Positions 52,114-64,000 are shown, counted from the stretch's first letter. The stretch is DNA of 64,000 bases from Takakia lepidozioides (GCA_030704615.1 CM060734.1:2914001-2978000); one strand, 5' to 3'. The notes: a model not told the origin generated them from the sequence alone. Numbers and translations: made by a program.

Positions 52114-55100
52114 TGTGAAACCCCCGCGGACAGCTACAGAAGTATATATAGGGAGTAGTAACCCCGAGAACGGTGCAAGCCCGTTGGTGACCAAAAACTA
52201 GTGAGTAAGCGAGCAAGCCGGAAAGCGACCAAAGAGTGGGGAGCTGTTCCGGACTGCCATCTACCAAAGGGAATTCTCCTAGTCCCAAATAGGTGGAGGG
52301 TTAAGAGGGGAACGAAGGGGGACCGTTATGTCCCGGCGAGCAGCCGAAGCTCCAAGTTGGCCCGGGCGGCCAGGTTGGGAGTCAGGCGCGCGCATCAAAG
52401 CGAGTAACTATGACTTAAAGGGGAGCTTACCGAATTGAGGTGCGCGACACTTGGTATCAGAGCTTAGAGTTCAGTACGCGATCGTCCTTGGGATCGGCCT
52501 CATAATGGGGTCGGGCAAGCCGAAGCGAAAGCGGAACGACCCAAAAGATGATGATCCCGGTGAGCCCGATGGGGGCGGCGTGTCACCGAGGCGGCCGTTT
52601 GAGGAAGCGATGAATGTTTCTGAAAACGAGGCCGCCCAAGAGCGGGAGGAATCTGAGGAGTCGGAGCCCGAGGAATCCTTGAGAGCTCCGACAAACCAAG
52701 AGATGCCTCCCATGCCGGCAGCCTTTTGGGAAGGGTTGTTGGCGCAGTTTGGCGGGACGTTGAAAGACGTGTTTGAAGGCGGCTAATGCCACTTCCGCTA
52801 AGGCAAAGTTTAAGGTGAAGCCTAAGGAACCCGGCACCTTCGAGGGCGTCCGAAATTGGAAGGCACTCAACACCTGGCTCTTGGAGCTAGAGCAGTACTT
52901 CCGGGCGGCCAAGTTGAGTGATGAGGATCGGGTGGAAGTGGCTCCCACCTATTTGAGGGGCTATGCTCAACAATGGTGGTAGAAACGCCTTCACGACCGA
53001 GGTCCAAGTCCGGAAACCTTCAACTGGAGTGGATTCAAGGAATTGATGAAGAGACAGTTTGTGCCCCTCAACGCGTCCTGGCTTGCCCGGGACAAGATGA
53101 GGAATTTGAAGCAAACATATGACATTCGGGGGTATGTCCAGGCTTTCAATGTGCTATTGCTTGAAGTCGCGGACATGGCAGAACCAGAAATGGTCTTCAA
53201 CTTTGTGGCGGGACTGGCCCCATGGGCCAGGCGGAAGTTGGAGGAGAAGCCACCCAAGACTTTGAACGAGGCAATTGAGAGGGCTGAATGTTTCTCGGAT
53301 GTCCCTAGGGGTGAGAGACAAGGCCGTACGGAGCTGAACCACAAGAAGACCCGGCGGGAAGGTGACTCCTTCCGACCGGAAAAGAAGTGGGATAGGCCAC
53401 GCGGCGATAATGGCACGTGGAAATCGAAGGGATGGCCTTCACACGTCAAGGCGGCACCCGGTGCTTCGAAAGGAAAAGCGGGTGGAGCGGCTTATGGCGG
53501 ACAGAAGGCAACCTTTGATGGAGTGTGTTTCAATTGCGGGGAGCCCGGGCACATGGCCAAGAAGTGCACAAAACCTCGACAATTGAACATGACTCGGGCA
53601 ACCACGGAGCTGTCGGAAGATACAATCAGTCGCTTGGTGGAAGCGGTGGTCGCCAGGACTTGCAAGGTAGGCAACTATTCTTGTGAGTTGTGTCAGGAAA
53701 CTGGCGCCCTGCGTAAAGGGAGTCAGTTATTGTTCGTGGATGGGATAATATCCGAAACTAACGTGTCGTTGTTGGTGGACACAGGAGCGTCGCACTCCTT
53801 CATGACACCGGCGGCGGCGCGAAAGTTGGGACTCCCGACAAGTGACGTGGGGGCCTCTATTGAGGTGCGCTCTGCCAAAGGAGAACCTCAGTTGGCGACA
53901 AGGTTGGCGTTTGATGTTCCTCTTCAACTGGGGAGTTGGGAGGGACGTGAGAACTTCACTATCTACGAGATCGATGGAGTGGATCTCATTTTGGGGATGA
54001 CCTTTTTGAGCAAATCCGGAGCGGTCATAGATGGCCGCAAGAGAGTGGTCACGCTGCCATGTGGGAATGGTGGCGAGGTTTTACGAGTGTCGAAAACGCC
54101 CAAATCCGTGGGAGGGCGAATAAACCTTATGTCAGCAAAGGAGTGGGCCGTGGAGGAGGCACACGAGTCCCAGTTTTTTCTTTACATTAGAGAAGTGAAA
54201 GGAAAAGGCGATGGGGAGCCGAGCCCAGATTGGATCAAAGGGATTTTGGAGAAATACTAGGATGTGATGCCGGAGGATTTACCAAGCGGCTTGCCACCGC
54301 GAAAAGGAGTTGACCACAAGATTGAGGTGATACCGGGATCGGAACCGCCTGCCAAGGCGCCCTACCGGTTGAGCCACAGAGAGTTGGTTGAGCTGAAGAC
54401 TCAGCTCAAGGATCTAATGTCAAAGGGGTACATCCGGCCGAGTAAGTCACCTTACGGAGCCCCGGTGCTATTCGCAGACAAGAAGGATGGGACGCTGCGG
54501 ATGTGTGTCGATTACAGGGCTTTGAATAAGGTGACTATTACAAACCGGTACCCTTTGGCAAGGATCGACGACCTTTTCGACCGGTTGGCAGGAGCGAAGT
54601 ATTTCAGCCGGATCGACTTGCGCTCCGGCTATCATCAAATTCGGGTGGCGGAAGGAGATGAGGAGAAGACCGCGTGCAGGACAAGGTATGGTTCATATGA
54701 GTTCTTGGTGATGCCTTTTGGGCTCACTAATGCACCGGCGACCTTTAGCACGCTGATGAACAGCCTTTTTCAGGAGTGTTGGATGACTTTGTGATCGTGT
54801 ACATCGACGACATCTTGGTGTATTCGAAAACAAATGAGGAACACCTGGAGCACCTCAAAAGGGTGTTCCAAAAATTGCGGGAAGGGAAGTTGTACGCCAA
54901 AGTTTCAAAATGCGAATTCGGGGTCACGAAAGTGGAGTTCTTGGGGCATGTGATTAAACAGGATGGGATCGAAATGGATGACAGAAAGGTGAGGGCGATC
55001 TTGGACTGGGAGCCTCCGACTTCGGTCCCGGAGTGCGATCCTTCCTAGGACTTGCCTTCTATTACCGGAAGTATGTGAGAAATTTCGCCAAGATCGCGGG

Positions 55101-55530
55101 GCCGCTGTCGGACCTTCTGTGTAAATCCAAAGTCTGGGTATGGAACACATTTTGTGGCCAAGCTTTTGCTGAGTTGAAGCAGCGGATGGCGGAAGCTCCA
55201 GTCTTGAAAATCCCGGAGTTCGATCGTCCATTTGAGATTCATACAGATGCGTCGGACTTCGCGATTGGGGGTGTACTTATGCAAGATGAACGTCCAGTGG
55301 CTTACGAAAGTAAGAAACTGAATGAAGTGGAGCGACGGTGGCCGACGCACGAAAAAGTGAAGGCGGTGGTGTGGCGCTGTCTTGAGCTTTGGCGCCACGA
55401 TGTTGGTTCCAACCCAGTGGAAGGTGTTCACGGACAATGTCACGGTGAAGTATTTTGCCACGCAGCCCAAGTTGTCCCCAAAACAACTTAGGTGGCAAGA
55501 TACTTTGGCGGTGTTCGACGTGGATATCCA
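52114..55530 (+). mobile_element. Ty3/gypsy (chromovirus-like) retrotransposon: 5' LTR, PBS, gag-PR-RT-RNase H, cut by MULE copy B
   Basis: LTR TG..CA at 52114-52449; tRNA-Met PBS TGGTATCAGAGC at 52452-52463; knuckle CFNCGEPGHMAKKC; protease LLVDTGASH; [22 protein letters not shown] and YIDDIL; RNase H HTDASDFAIGGVL. Ends abruptly at FDVDIQ. Confidence 0.95.
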
Positions 55531-55764
55531 GGAGGTTTGCTATTTCATGAGCGGCATGAGCGGCATGAGCAGAGTAGTAACACAATCGGTTTTCATGAGC
55601 AGAAGTACAAATTTCGAAAATAAAAACAATAAAAAACAATAATTTAATGCAATGTGTCAAAAAAACAAATATATTATTCGGCCCCTTGAAGGGAAAATTG
55701 CACTTTTGACAGTTGTGCTCATGATATTTCGTCTTCCGCTCATGCCATTCCCAGCGACATGTGC

Positions 55765-56125
55765 AAATATGGCGCCGATTTCGCGGTAATAGGGTCCGTA
55801 ACCTGAAAAAACGGCGACGTATTTCGCGGCAATAGGTCTCTCTGGCGAAAAATGGTGCCGAATTCCGCGGCTATAGGTCCCCTCATGACAGGTAATTCGG
55901 CGCCATTTTTCCCAGTGCATGTTCGGACTTAGCCAGTTTTCGGCCCAAAAAAGAGAAATTCGGCGCCATTTTTCCAGACACGGTACCAGTGCATGTTGGA
56001 CTTAGCCAGTTTTCGGCCCAAAAAGAGAAATTCGGCGCCATTTTCCCAAACACAGGTACCAGTGCATGTTGGGACTTAGCGAGTTTTCGGCCCCAAAAGA
56101 GAAATTCGGCGCCATTTTTCCAGAA
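55765..56125. repeat. Subterminal GGCGCC-core repeats (41-74 bp spacing)
   Basis: Cores at 55771, 55813, 55854, 55899, 55962, 56034 and 56108. The unit ccagtgcatgttcggacttagccagttttcggcccaaaaaagagaaattcggcgccattttt occurs 3 times. Confidence 0.88.
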
Positions 56126-56299
56126 ATGGCCCCACAACTGCTTCTGTTGGATCTCAGTTTGAATGGAATATTGCCTCATTCCAGGAGTTTTGGGGTGCAT
56201 TTCATTACATACTGCAAAAAAAAGTCTGATACAGCAAAATGCATTTGAAAATATCCATATGGAGGATTCCGTTTGCCCCATCAATGATTTCTGGAATCC

Positions 56300-59200
56300 C
56301 TAAGGAGGAGTTTGTGCAGCTCGTTCACGCTCAACGCCGGTGCATGAATAAAGTCATCAATAGTCACGTTCATCCTCAACCTCTTCAGGTAAATGTAATA
56401 CAGATGCTTGCACGGATAATACTTTCGAACCCTTCTTTGCTTCCATCAACGAGAAGTCCGTACAGTTGCAAGTCGGCTCCACTCCAATCGTAATTGTGTA
56501 TACATCGTCGCGTACAGCCGAGCCGCCGTTGCCATCCGATACACACACGCCAAGGCCGGGTGGGGGTACGTCCACGGAGCTCTGAATAGTGCAAGCCATC
56601 CCAAGAGCATTGGCAATCCGAGTCTCATTCAACTTGTTGGGAGGTGTCGTCTCTTCACTCTTCCGAATCGCATTGTGGGATGTGCAGAATTGTCCAATCC
56701 GTCTCTACTGGACCGAGCAGTCTGCAATGGCTGGGTCTGAGGAACCGGAAATGCGTGGGCCGGGATGTCTGTGCGTTGCACCATTCGAAATCCTGCTGCA
56801 GATAGAGCATCCGCCTCATTCTGAGAGAGGCTGCAACCCGGTGCAACAGGCCAGACGCCCGGAGGCTCCGGCATTCCCTGAATCCGTACTTGGGCTTGCC
56901 AAATACACAGGTCATTATGTCGTGCCTACAGAACCAAAATGTCTGCGTTGTGGCGTGAGCAAATGTGGGAGTCAAAAATCTGCCGCTGAAACAAGGTGCA
57001 GGTACAGCACCGTGTGGGTTCCTCCGAATCATCTCACACAGCGTGCTCTCGTATCCACCCGGATGGCGCAACACTTCCCTCGAAATGCCGGCAATGTCCT
57101 CGCAATTCTCCACTGTGACTCCGACACTCTTGTCTCCACAATGGGAATGTTGTATTGCTTTACTACAGATGGCTCGTTATGTTGCCGGGGCACGCGCCCT
57201 GTGCTCAAAGGAGATGGCGATCTTGAACGTGCAGGACTTCCGGTGCTCGACGAGACCTCCTCGGACAACATCACCGGACCACGAGGGAGCGTGCGAATAT
57301 TCTTGTCAGCTCGCCATGAATCCTCTTCTCCGCCAGGTGCCTCGTCAAGTCTTCGTCTCACTGGACGGGTATGAACATCTCCTTCCAAATGTTGGCCTCT
57401 TCGCAGCAATGGCGTGTCCCGAAGGCCCTCTCGCAAGGCCGCCGCCCCACTTCCGAGGATTCTTCGATCTGGAGGCAGTCCGCATCAGCATTTCCTCCTG
57501 CCTGTCCGGCCCCAAGCCCCACTGTTTCCCTTTCAAGAACTCGTTGTACCTGCATTGCTGCATAATTGACCTCACAATGTCCTCCGTTGTGGCAGTGAGG
57601 ATGTCCACCAGATGCGCCGCAGAGGAGGCACGCCAGGAAGAGTGCACTGATTGGCCATGTTTGTCGTGGGCATGTCGGTGTCGGAGTCGAGACACATTTC
57701 CTGCACAAGCACATGTTCAGGTTACAAGCAAGTTACAAATATGGCCAAGAATAATATCCACGGGACGCGAATTCGTGCAACTCACCTCCCGCATATAGTC
57801 GCCGAACTGGAGGAAACGATAATGCCACCATGCTAGCCAACTGACCATTGCTCCTTCGTCTGATTTCCTTACAGCACCTGACGATGTCCACCAAGCCCGT
57901 ATGCATGCAAACTGTGTCTCTGCATCATCCAAGGTGGGAGCGCGCTTCCACGCAAGGCACATGGAACGGTGCTCCTCTCTGAAATCTGGCGCCACGAGCC
58001 TGGTTGTGTACTGCGAAAGGCTCTGCAGAAAATGGAACCCACAAGATCTCTCCTTGCCTTCCATGGGAACATTGGGGTCTTGCCCGTACACCCTTTGGGA
58101 TGGCAGCCCAATTTGCTTGTGCGTTGTCCGCCATGAAACCACGGAAATTGGGAGGGGGCAATCCCGCCTTGGCCATCTGTTCGTTTATTCCCTGCCAAAG
58201 AAGCATCTCCGATTGTGTGTCCTCTCCTTTCATCTCACAAATATCAATTGTCATTAGCATCCTGCAGTGGGTGTCGTAGACATGTGCACCCATTGTCACC
58301 CACTGGTGATTTGTAATTCGCTTGATATGGTCGAACATGACCCAACTGTTTGACAAGTTCCCACTCGTCATCCTGTCGACCAGTTCGACGCCACTGCCAG
58401 GTCCACACGTGGACATTTTGAATACGAAACAACGATCTGCCTCAGTCCCTTGTCTTGGAAACCTACTTCCATGAATGTAGTCATATCCACATCGTCGCTT
58501 CACCTCCAGAATGGAGTGCATATCCGAGCCACGCCCAATTTTCTGTTTGCATGAGACAATGTGGTTTCGGACATTCGGTGAACATACGTGGGACACCGAC
58601 TCCAGCAATGCCTCCATTTCCTTCTCGTCGAGAGGAACTCTATCGGAGCCGTCTTCCGACATAATTCTGGCCAATGCCATCTTATGGGCGGCTTGGAGCT
58701 GTATCTGTTTGGGTTTGGCACCCGGTCTCAACTTAACCTCCTCCTGAACGAGCTGCTCTGCATCGTGGGCAGCCTCCCGCGAGTTCCCCCTCGCCAATTT
58801 GTGACAATGGGAACCAACGTGTATGCAAGCTCGGGTGAGGTCAGGGAAACGGTGCAACACATAGAACTGCTTGGCATTACAAACAGACATGCAGTGTGGT
58901 GGTTCTTTGCAATGCACACACTTAAATGTGGAGTTCGGAACCTTCTCCTGAGCTCGAAATGGTGATGAGCTGTGCCTGTCCAATCGGTCTCGTTCTGTGA
59001 CCTCTGGATTTAAAGTGGAAGCAAGTTGGGGGAGAGAAACACCGCAACGCGCCCGCACAAACAACGTAGCGCACCCGCACACCATCAAGCATCTTCATGC
59101 TGGTGATTTGGTAACGCACCAAGGATGACCGTCATGTTTTCTATCCATATCTGTCAACATTCCGGACGCCCTCGAGTAGTCCGCCCGAGGAGGGAACTCA

Positions 59201-59874
59201 AAGAAGATATTACTGTCGACGTCGGCGGGAAGGCATGTAACCAATTTAATTGCAAACTTGCTGTAGTCCAGCCCGGCCAGCTCCGACCGGTGTCCCTCCA
59301 GGTGAAGCCCTCGAAGAATTTCAAGAATAGATCGAACTGCGGTGCTCGTGCTGGGAATATGACTCCCTCCTCCACTGACGTCCATTGAGGACTTGCTTGA
59401 TCTCCAGGACGACCTCGGAACTTCCATGACCTCATCTGCGTCGGACAGGTTGTGAACAACCCGGTTCTCGCTCGTCTTCATGGATGGGTTCGGCTCTGGA
59501 TTTACTTCGTTGCGGACTTCTCTCTTTGAGGTAGCCACTCTCTGATTCGCGGATTGTTTCGTGGAAGGCGCCAGGATAGAAGGTGCATTTGGCGGGCAAA
59601 TGAAGTCACCAACAGCCCTGTATATGACGTTGTCCGATGGTGGAACTCGCCATTCCCTGCCATCGCCGAAATCATCGTGGAGCACAACAATACTCTCGAC
59701 AACAAGGCCATTTGAGTCCTTCCTTTCCTCCTCCAAAAAAACCGACCCCGGTTTCAGGTGGTATCGAACGCACAGATATTTCTCCATCACCCGGCAGATG
59801 TCCCCTCTGCACGGAAATGAAGCTCTATGCTCGTGAGGAGGGCAGTACACTATAGCGCTCGGGTTTTCCGCCAT
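56300..59874 (-). pseudogene. Mutator-like (MULE) transposase with GCM-like N-terminal Zn domain, DDE core and SWIM finger; frameshifted
   Basis: DGHPW..CAGALRC..CVHC..C..RACIHVGSHCH; core WVMFDH..FRGFMADNAQANWAAI / VYG..ERSCGFHF (MULE D-x-CxxH); TTNMA/SVHSSW; SWIM YTITIGVEPTCNCTDF..PCKHLYY near 56390-56500. Confidence 0.8.
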
Positions 59875-60169
59875 GGAAGATGTGCACACAAGACTGCCAG
59901 GATGGCGTGCGGGGAAGCTCCCTGGTAGAAGGGGGATGCAGCGATGGGAAGGAATGCGGTGCCGATTTGTCCGAGCGACGAAGCCTGATCCAAATCCAGG
60001 GAGCCAACTATCTCAAAAATCCACAGTCAGAGTGTTAATGAACCTTGTCTCCGGAATGCGGCCCCTGGTCTTTGCGCAATAACTGCCAACGGTATGTAGT
60101 CAGAAAGTGGGGGGCCGTCCGGATGATGTCGGCTGAAGGGGAGAAGCCGGCACCGTGCCGTCACATTAC

Positions 60170-62420
60170 TACCCCGAATGGAAATTCGGCACCCAATATC
60201 CAACAGGGGCCGCACGGATGAAGTCGTCTGGGGCAGAGATGCGGCACCTGTCCGACAGAGAACATCCCCCGGATGGAATTCAGCGCCGAATTTCCATTCG
60301 GATCCCCCAAAGGAAGTCCTGTCGGGGGTCAGGTCGAAAACTGGCGACATAAAAAACCTCCGCGGGCAAAAACGGCGCCGAATTTCCAAAGAGGAAGGCC
60401 CGATGAAGTAGTGATCGGGCGCAGAGGCCGGAGTGTGTGCGACAGAGAATCCCCTGGATAGAGATTCGGCGCCAAATTTCCATCCGGGCCCCCAAAGGGA
60501 GTCGTGTCGGGGGGTCAGGCGAAAACTGGACGGCATAAAAACATCCCCAGATGGAAAAAACGGCGCCGAATTTCCATCCGGGGCGGTCGGATGCAGTCGG
60601 GGAGGGGGGAGTGGCCTGCACTGGCCGTCACATTTCAACCCCCGGACGGAAATTCGGCACCGAATATCGAACAGGGGACGCCCGGATGAAGTCACCACGG
60701 GTGCAGAGGCCGGCGAGTGTGCGACAGAGAACATCCCTGGACGGAGATTCGGTGCCGAATTTCCATCCGGGCCCCCCCAAGGGAAGTCTTGCGGGGGGCA
60801 GACCGAAAACTGGCCGACATTAAAAACCTCCACAGATGGGAAAACGGCGCCGAATTTCAATTCGGGGCAATTTCCATGCAGTCGGGGAGAAGGGAGAGGT
60901 CGGCACCTGGCCGTCATATTTCAACCCCCGGGACGGAAATTCGGCACCGAATATCCAACAGAGCGGCGGAGAGGCGGCAACCTCTCCGACACAGACCATC
61001 CCCCGGATGGAAATTCAGCGCCGAATTTCCATTCTGCAGGTAATTCGAATACCGGATGAATGGAAATTCGGTGCCGAATTTCATCCAGCAGGTAAGTGGA
61101 ATACCGGATGAATGGGAATTCGTGGCCGAATTCCATCCAGCAGGTAAGTGGAATCCCGGATGGATGGAGATTCGGCGCCGAATTTCAATCCTGCAGGTAA
61201 TTCGAATCCCGGATGAATGGAAATTCGGCGCCGAATTTCCATCCAGCAGGTAAGTGGAATCCAGATGGATGGAGATTCGGCGCCGAATTTCCATCCTGCA
61301 GGTAATTCGAATACCGGATGAAGGAAATTCGGCGCCGAATTCCATCCAGCAGGTAAGTCGGATCGGTGCCGTATGGATATTCGGCGCCGAATTCCATTCG
61401 CCATGTATTCTGCGCGAGAATTACCTTCGTGCAGGTAATTCCCATATAAGAATTACCTTCCTGCAGGTAATTCCCAGATGAGAATTACCTTCCTGCAGGT
61501 AATTCCAATCGATGTTAATTCCTCGTCCATAATTACCTACACGAAGGTAATTCTCATCTGGGAATTACCTGCAGGAAGGTAATTCTATAGGGAATTACCT
61601 GCACGAAGGTAATTCCTCGCGCAGAAATACATGGCGAATGGAAATTCGGCGCCGAATATCCATACGGCACCGATCCGACTTACCTGCTGGATGGAAATTC
61701 GGCGCCGAATTTCCATTCATCCGGTATTCGAAATTACCTGCAGGATGGAAATTCGGCGCCGAATCTCCATCCATCCGAGATTCCACTTACCTGCTGGATG
61801 ATGGAAATCGGCGCCGAATTTCCATTCATCCGGGATTCGAATTACTTGCAGGATGGAAATTCGGCTTCCGAATTACCTGCTTGAGGGAAATTTGGCGCGC
61901 CCGCCCAACCTGCGCGGATGGAAATTCGGCGCCGGATTTCCATCCGCGCGCTTCGAATTACCTGCGTGAGGGAAATTTGGCGCGCCGCCCTACCTCCACG
62001 GATGGAAATTCGGCGCCGGATTTCCATCCGCGGGCTTCCGAATTACCTGCGTGAGGGAAATTGGCGCGCTGCCCTACCTCCGCGGATGGAAATTCGGCGC
62101 CGGATTTCCATCCGCGCGCTTCCGAATTACCTGCGTGAGGGAAATTTCCAGCGCCGCCCTACCTCCGCGGATGGAAATTCGGCGCCGGATTTCCATCCGC
62201 GCGCTTCCGAATTACCTGCGTGAGGGAAATTTCCAGCGCCGCCCTACCTCCGCGGATGGAAATTCGGCGCCGGATTTCCATCCGCGGGCTTCCGAATTAC
62301 CTGCGTGAGGGAAATTTCCAGCGCCGCCCTACCTCCGCGGATGGAAATTCGGCGCCGGATTCCATCCTGCTGCGCTCCGAATTACCTGCAGGATGGAAAT
62401 CCGTCGCCGGAATTCCATCG
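60170..62420. repeat. Array of about 29 copies of the palindrome GAAATTCGGCGCCGAATTTC (and variants), including a large inverted repeat and 85-bp tandem units
   Basis: Perfect 26-bp palindrome ATGGAAATTCGGCGCCGAATTTCCAT at 61217-61242. Inverted arms about 61140-61504 and 61531-61880. 85-bp units from ~61870 to ~62380. Confidence 0.95.
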
Positions 62421-62896
62421 TGCAGCGCTCCGAATTACCTCTACGTTGGAAATTCCGGGACTGTTTACGTCGATTTTCATCCGACATGGAGGGCTTCATC
62501 CGACATTTAATTGCGCAGTTGGGCAATAAATGTCGACGGCCGTCGGTTATTATTCGGGCTGGCGACGCATGGCTTCCTGGACACGTACCCTAAATCTCAT
62601 GCTAAACTTGGCTTAACATGGTATTCCAGGCATGTACCCCAAAAAGGAGATCTTTTTGGCTGGGACTTATGCCGCCTGAAGGGCGTGGCTCTCCTGAGAG
62701 AGACCTCACATCCAGACCGCGGCGGAAGTTGAAAGCTCTGTACTACGGACGACGGCCAATCTCTCGCATGGCCAAACTGAAGCTCCAGCAGGAGATTCCA
62801 GTGTCTTGCTCACAACCTGCGCCAACTGAAGCCGAGTACTCTCAGGCAAGCCACTTCTGCTTTCGGTTTGTTCGATTTATTTTTTGCTTTCGCTTT

Positions 62897-64000
62897 GTTA
62901 CCTCGCTTTGTTTTTGCATCTTTATCCTGGCTTTGCTGTATGAGTGAACTTTAGATAGTTGAGTGAACCTTAGATTGTTTGCAATGCGTGTGCAAATCCG
63001 GCAGCTCTGGAGAAGGCTGCTTGTGCATGTCATTCTTAGGCAATGGTTGCATTTGTTTTCATTGTTGTTGCATGGCTCTCCATACTTCCTAAACTTGTTA
63101 TGTTTTCATTTTTGCTACATGATTGTTGTTATGGTGGTTGCGCTGCTTGTTGCGATGCTGCTTTTTGCACCGATGTTGGTTTTCACGATTTTTGTCAATG
63201 ACAGAGTGACGACGAGCCCGGCACGCTGGTGGTATCATCGACAGCTCCAACTCATCGCATGTTTGAATCGCCCAACTTGGGGCGAGAGGGCAAACTTAAA
63301 CCTTTTGTTGGTGGACGGGATGACTTGCAACAACAGAGTAGGCATTGGGGAGGTTGGTGCAGGCGGCATGGCAGGTGAAGGGCGTGAGGACATGAGGACA
63401 GCAGATCCGGCAATGGAGGTTGTTCATGCACATGCAGTAGGGCCCGCCCACGCAAAGAAAAAGAAGAAAGCTAAGCACATGCAATCCCCGGCGAGAGAGC
63501 AGTCACGGGCTGCGGAGGGGGGAGTGAGCAGTGCGCGAGGGTGTCAGTTCGCCTCAATCAAAGGTGGTCGTCCTGGAGGGCTCCCCTGCTGCTAGCCCTA
63601 GTAAGAAACAGAAAGCCCGTGAGAGGGCAAAAGAGAGGGCAAAAGAACAGACGAGACAGAATGCTAGCCAGGAGGAAAGACAAAAGGCAGCTGAAGAGGC
63701 CAGGGGTGCCCAAATGACAGATGCCAATGTAAGCGAGGGACCCACAGAGACGGTGGATCCCTACAAGACACCACAGAGAGGCAGTAGCACACCGGTTAGA
63801 CCATCGCGGGCAAGAGCAGCCCCCGCAATTACCCATACGGTGGAAGTGGAGGAGAGGAAAGAACACCTGAAAGAGCACGGATTGTGCAAGTTCAAGGTGA
63901 AGCCAGGGAGAGGGCAGTAGAGACGACGAGAGTGCTGGAGGTGGTTTCGCAGGTGGCTGACCCTGTTGAGGAGGACGACATGGAGGTTTCTGACCAGGAT
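62897..64000 (+). pseudogene. 5' region of the ParB-like-domain gene in copy B (ParB domain predicted just beyond the window end)
   Basis: Colinear homology with 39209-38110 (-): shared RVTTSPARWWYHR, KKKKKAKH, KARERAKERAKEQ and VLEVVSQVADPVEED. Confidence 0.7.

Larger units (their letters stand above)
55531..64000. mobile_element. MULE-like transposon copy B (transposase-side end; continues beyond the window)
   Basis: Terminus GGAGGTTTGCTATTTCATGAGCGGCATGAGC at the gypsy breakpoint, then the transposase on the minus strand, palindrome arrays, and the 5' part of the ParB-like gene on the plus strand. Confidence 0.8.

Noticed and set aside
60170-62420. CRISPR array
   Set aside because: Palindromic repeats are present, but the intervening sequences are themselves repeated rather than unique spacers. 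There are no cas genes and the context is eukaryotic.
60027-62593. Many overlapping ORFs such as MEIRRRISI and WKFGAEF
   Set aside because: They are translations of the palindromic repeat on both strands, not credible proteins.
38110-64000. 38110-39209 and 62897-64000 as giant TIRs of one ~26-kb element
   Set aside because: They are diverged internal gene segments with indels from two separate copies. The true terminus motif is at 47942 and 55531, and a gap and unrelated elements lie between.

Overview
Eukaryotic, transposon-dense land-plant nuclear DNA. The PLS-type PPR motifs and spliceosomal introns look like a seed-free plant (bryophyte, lycophyte or fern), but the species cannot be determined. 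Only one intact host gene is evident: a 4-exon conserved plant gene at 28245-30624 (-). The rest is nested, mostly decayed mobile DNA: a kinase pseudogene, a PIF/Harbinger element, several Ty3/gypsy pieces, a CACTA element preceded by PPR-DYW and SET-like fragments, a LINE-like remnant with chromodomain, methyltransferase-like and RNase H segments, a complete Pack-CACTA (TIRs plus 3-bp TSD) holding a tandem PPR array, a tRNA-derived SINE, and a Penelope-like retroelement with terminal direct repeats. The most notable signal is three partial copies of what appears to be one Mutator-like (MULE) DNA transposon family. It pairs a GCM-like/DDE/SWIM transposase with a divergently oriented, intron-containing gene carrying a ParB-like domain and, by inference, a prokaryote-type beta-class N4C/N6A DNA methyltransferase domain. 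It also carries arrays of the palindrome GAAATTCGGCGCCGAATTTC spaced at near-integral DNA helical turns. All domain calls are by-eye motif recognition; no searches were run. A 500-N assembly gap lies at 40240-40739.
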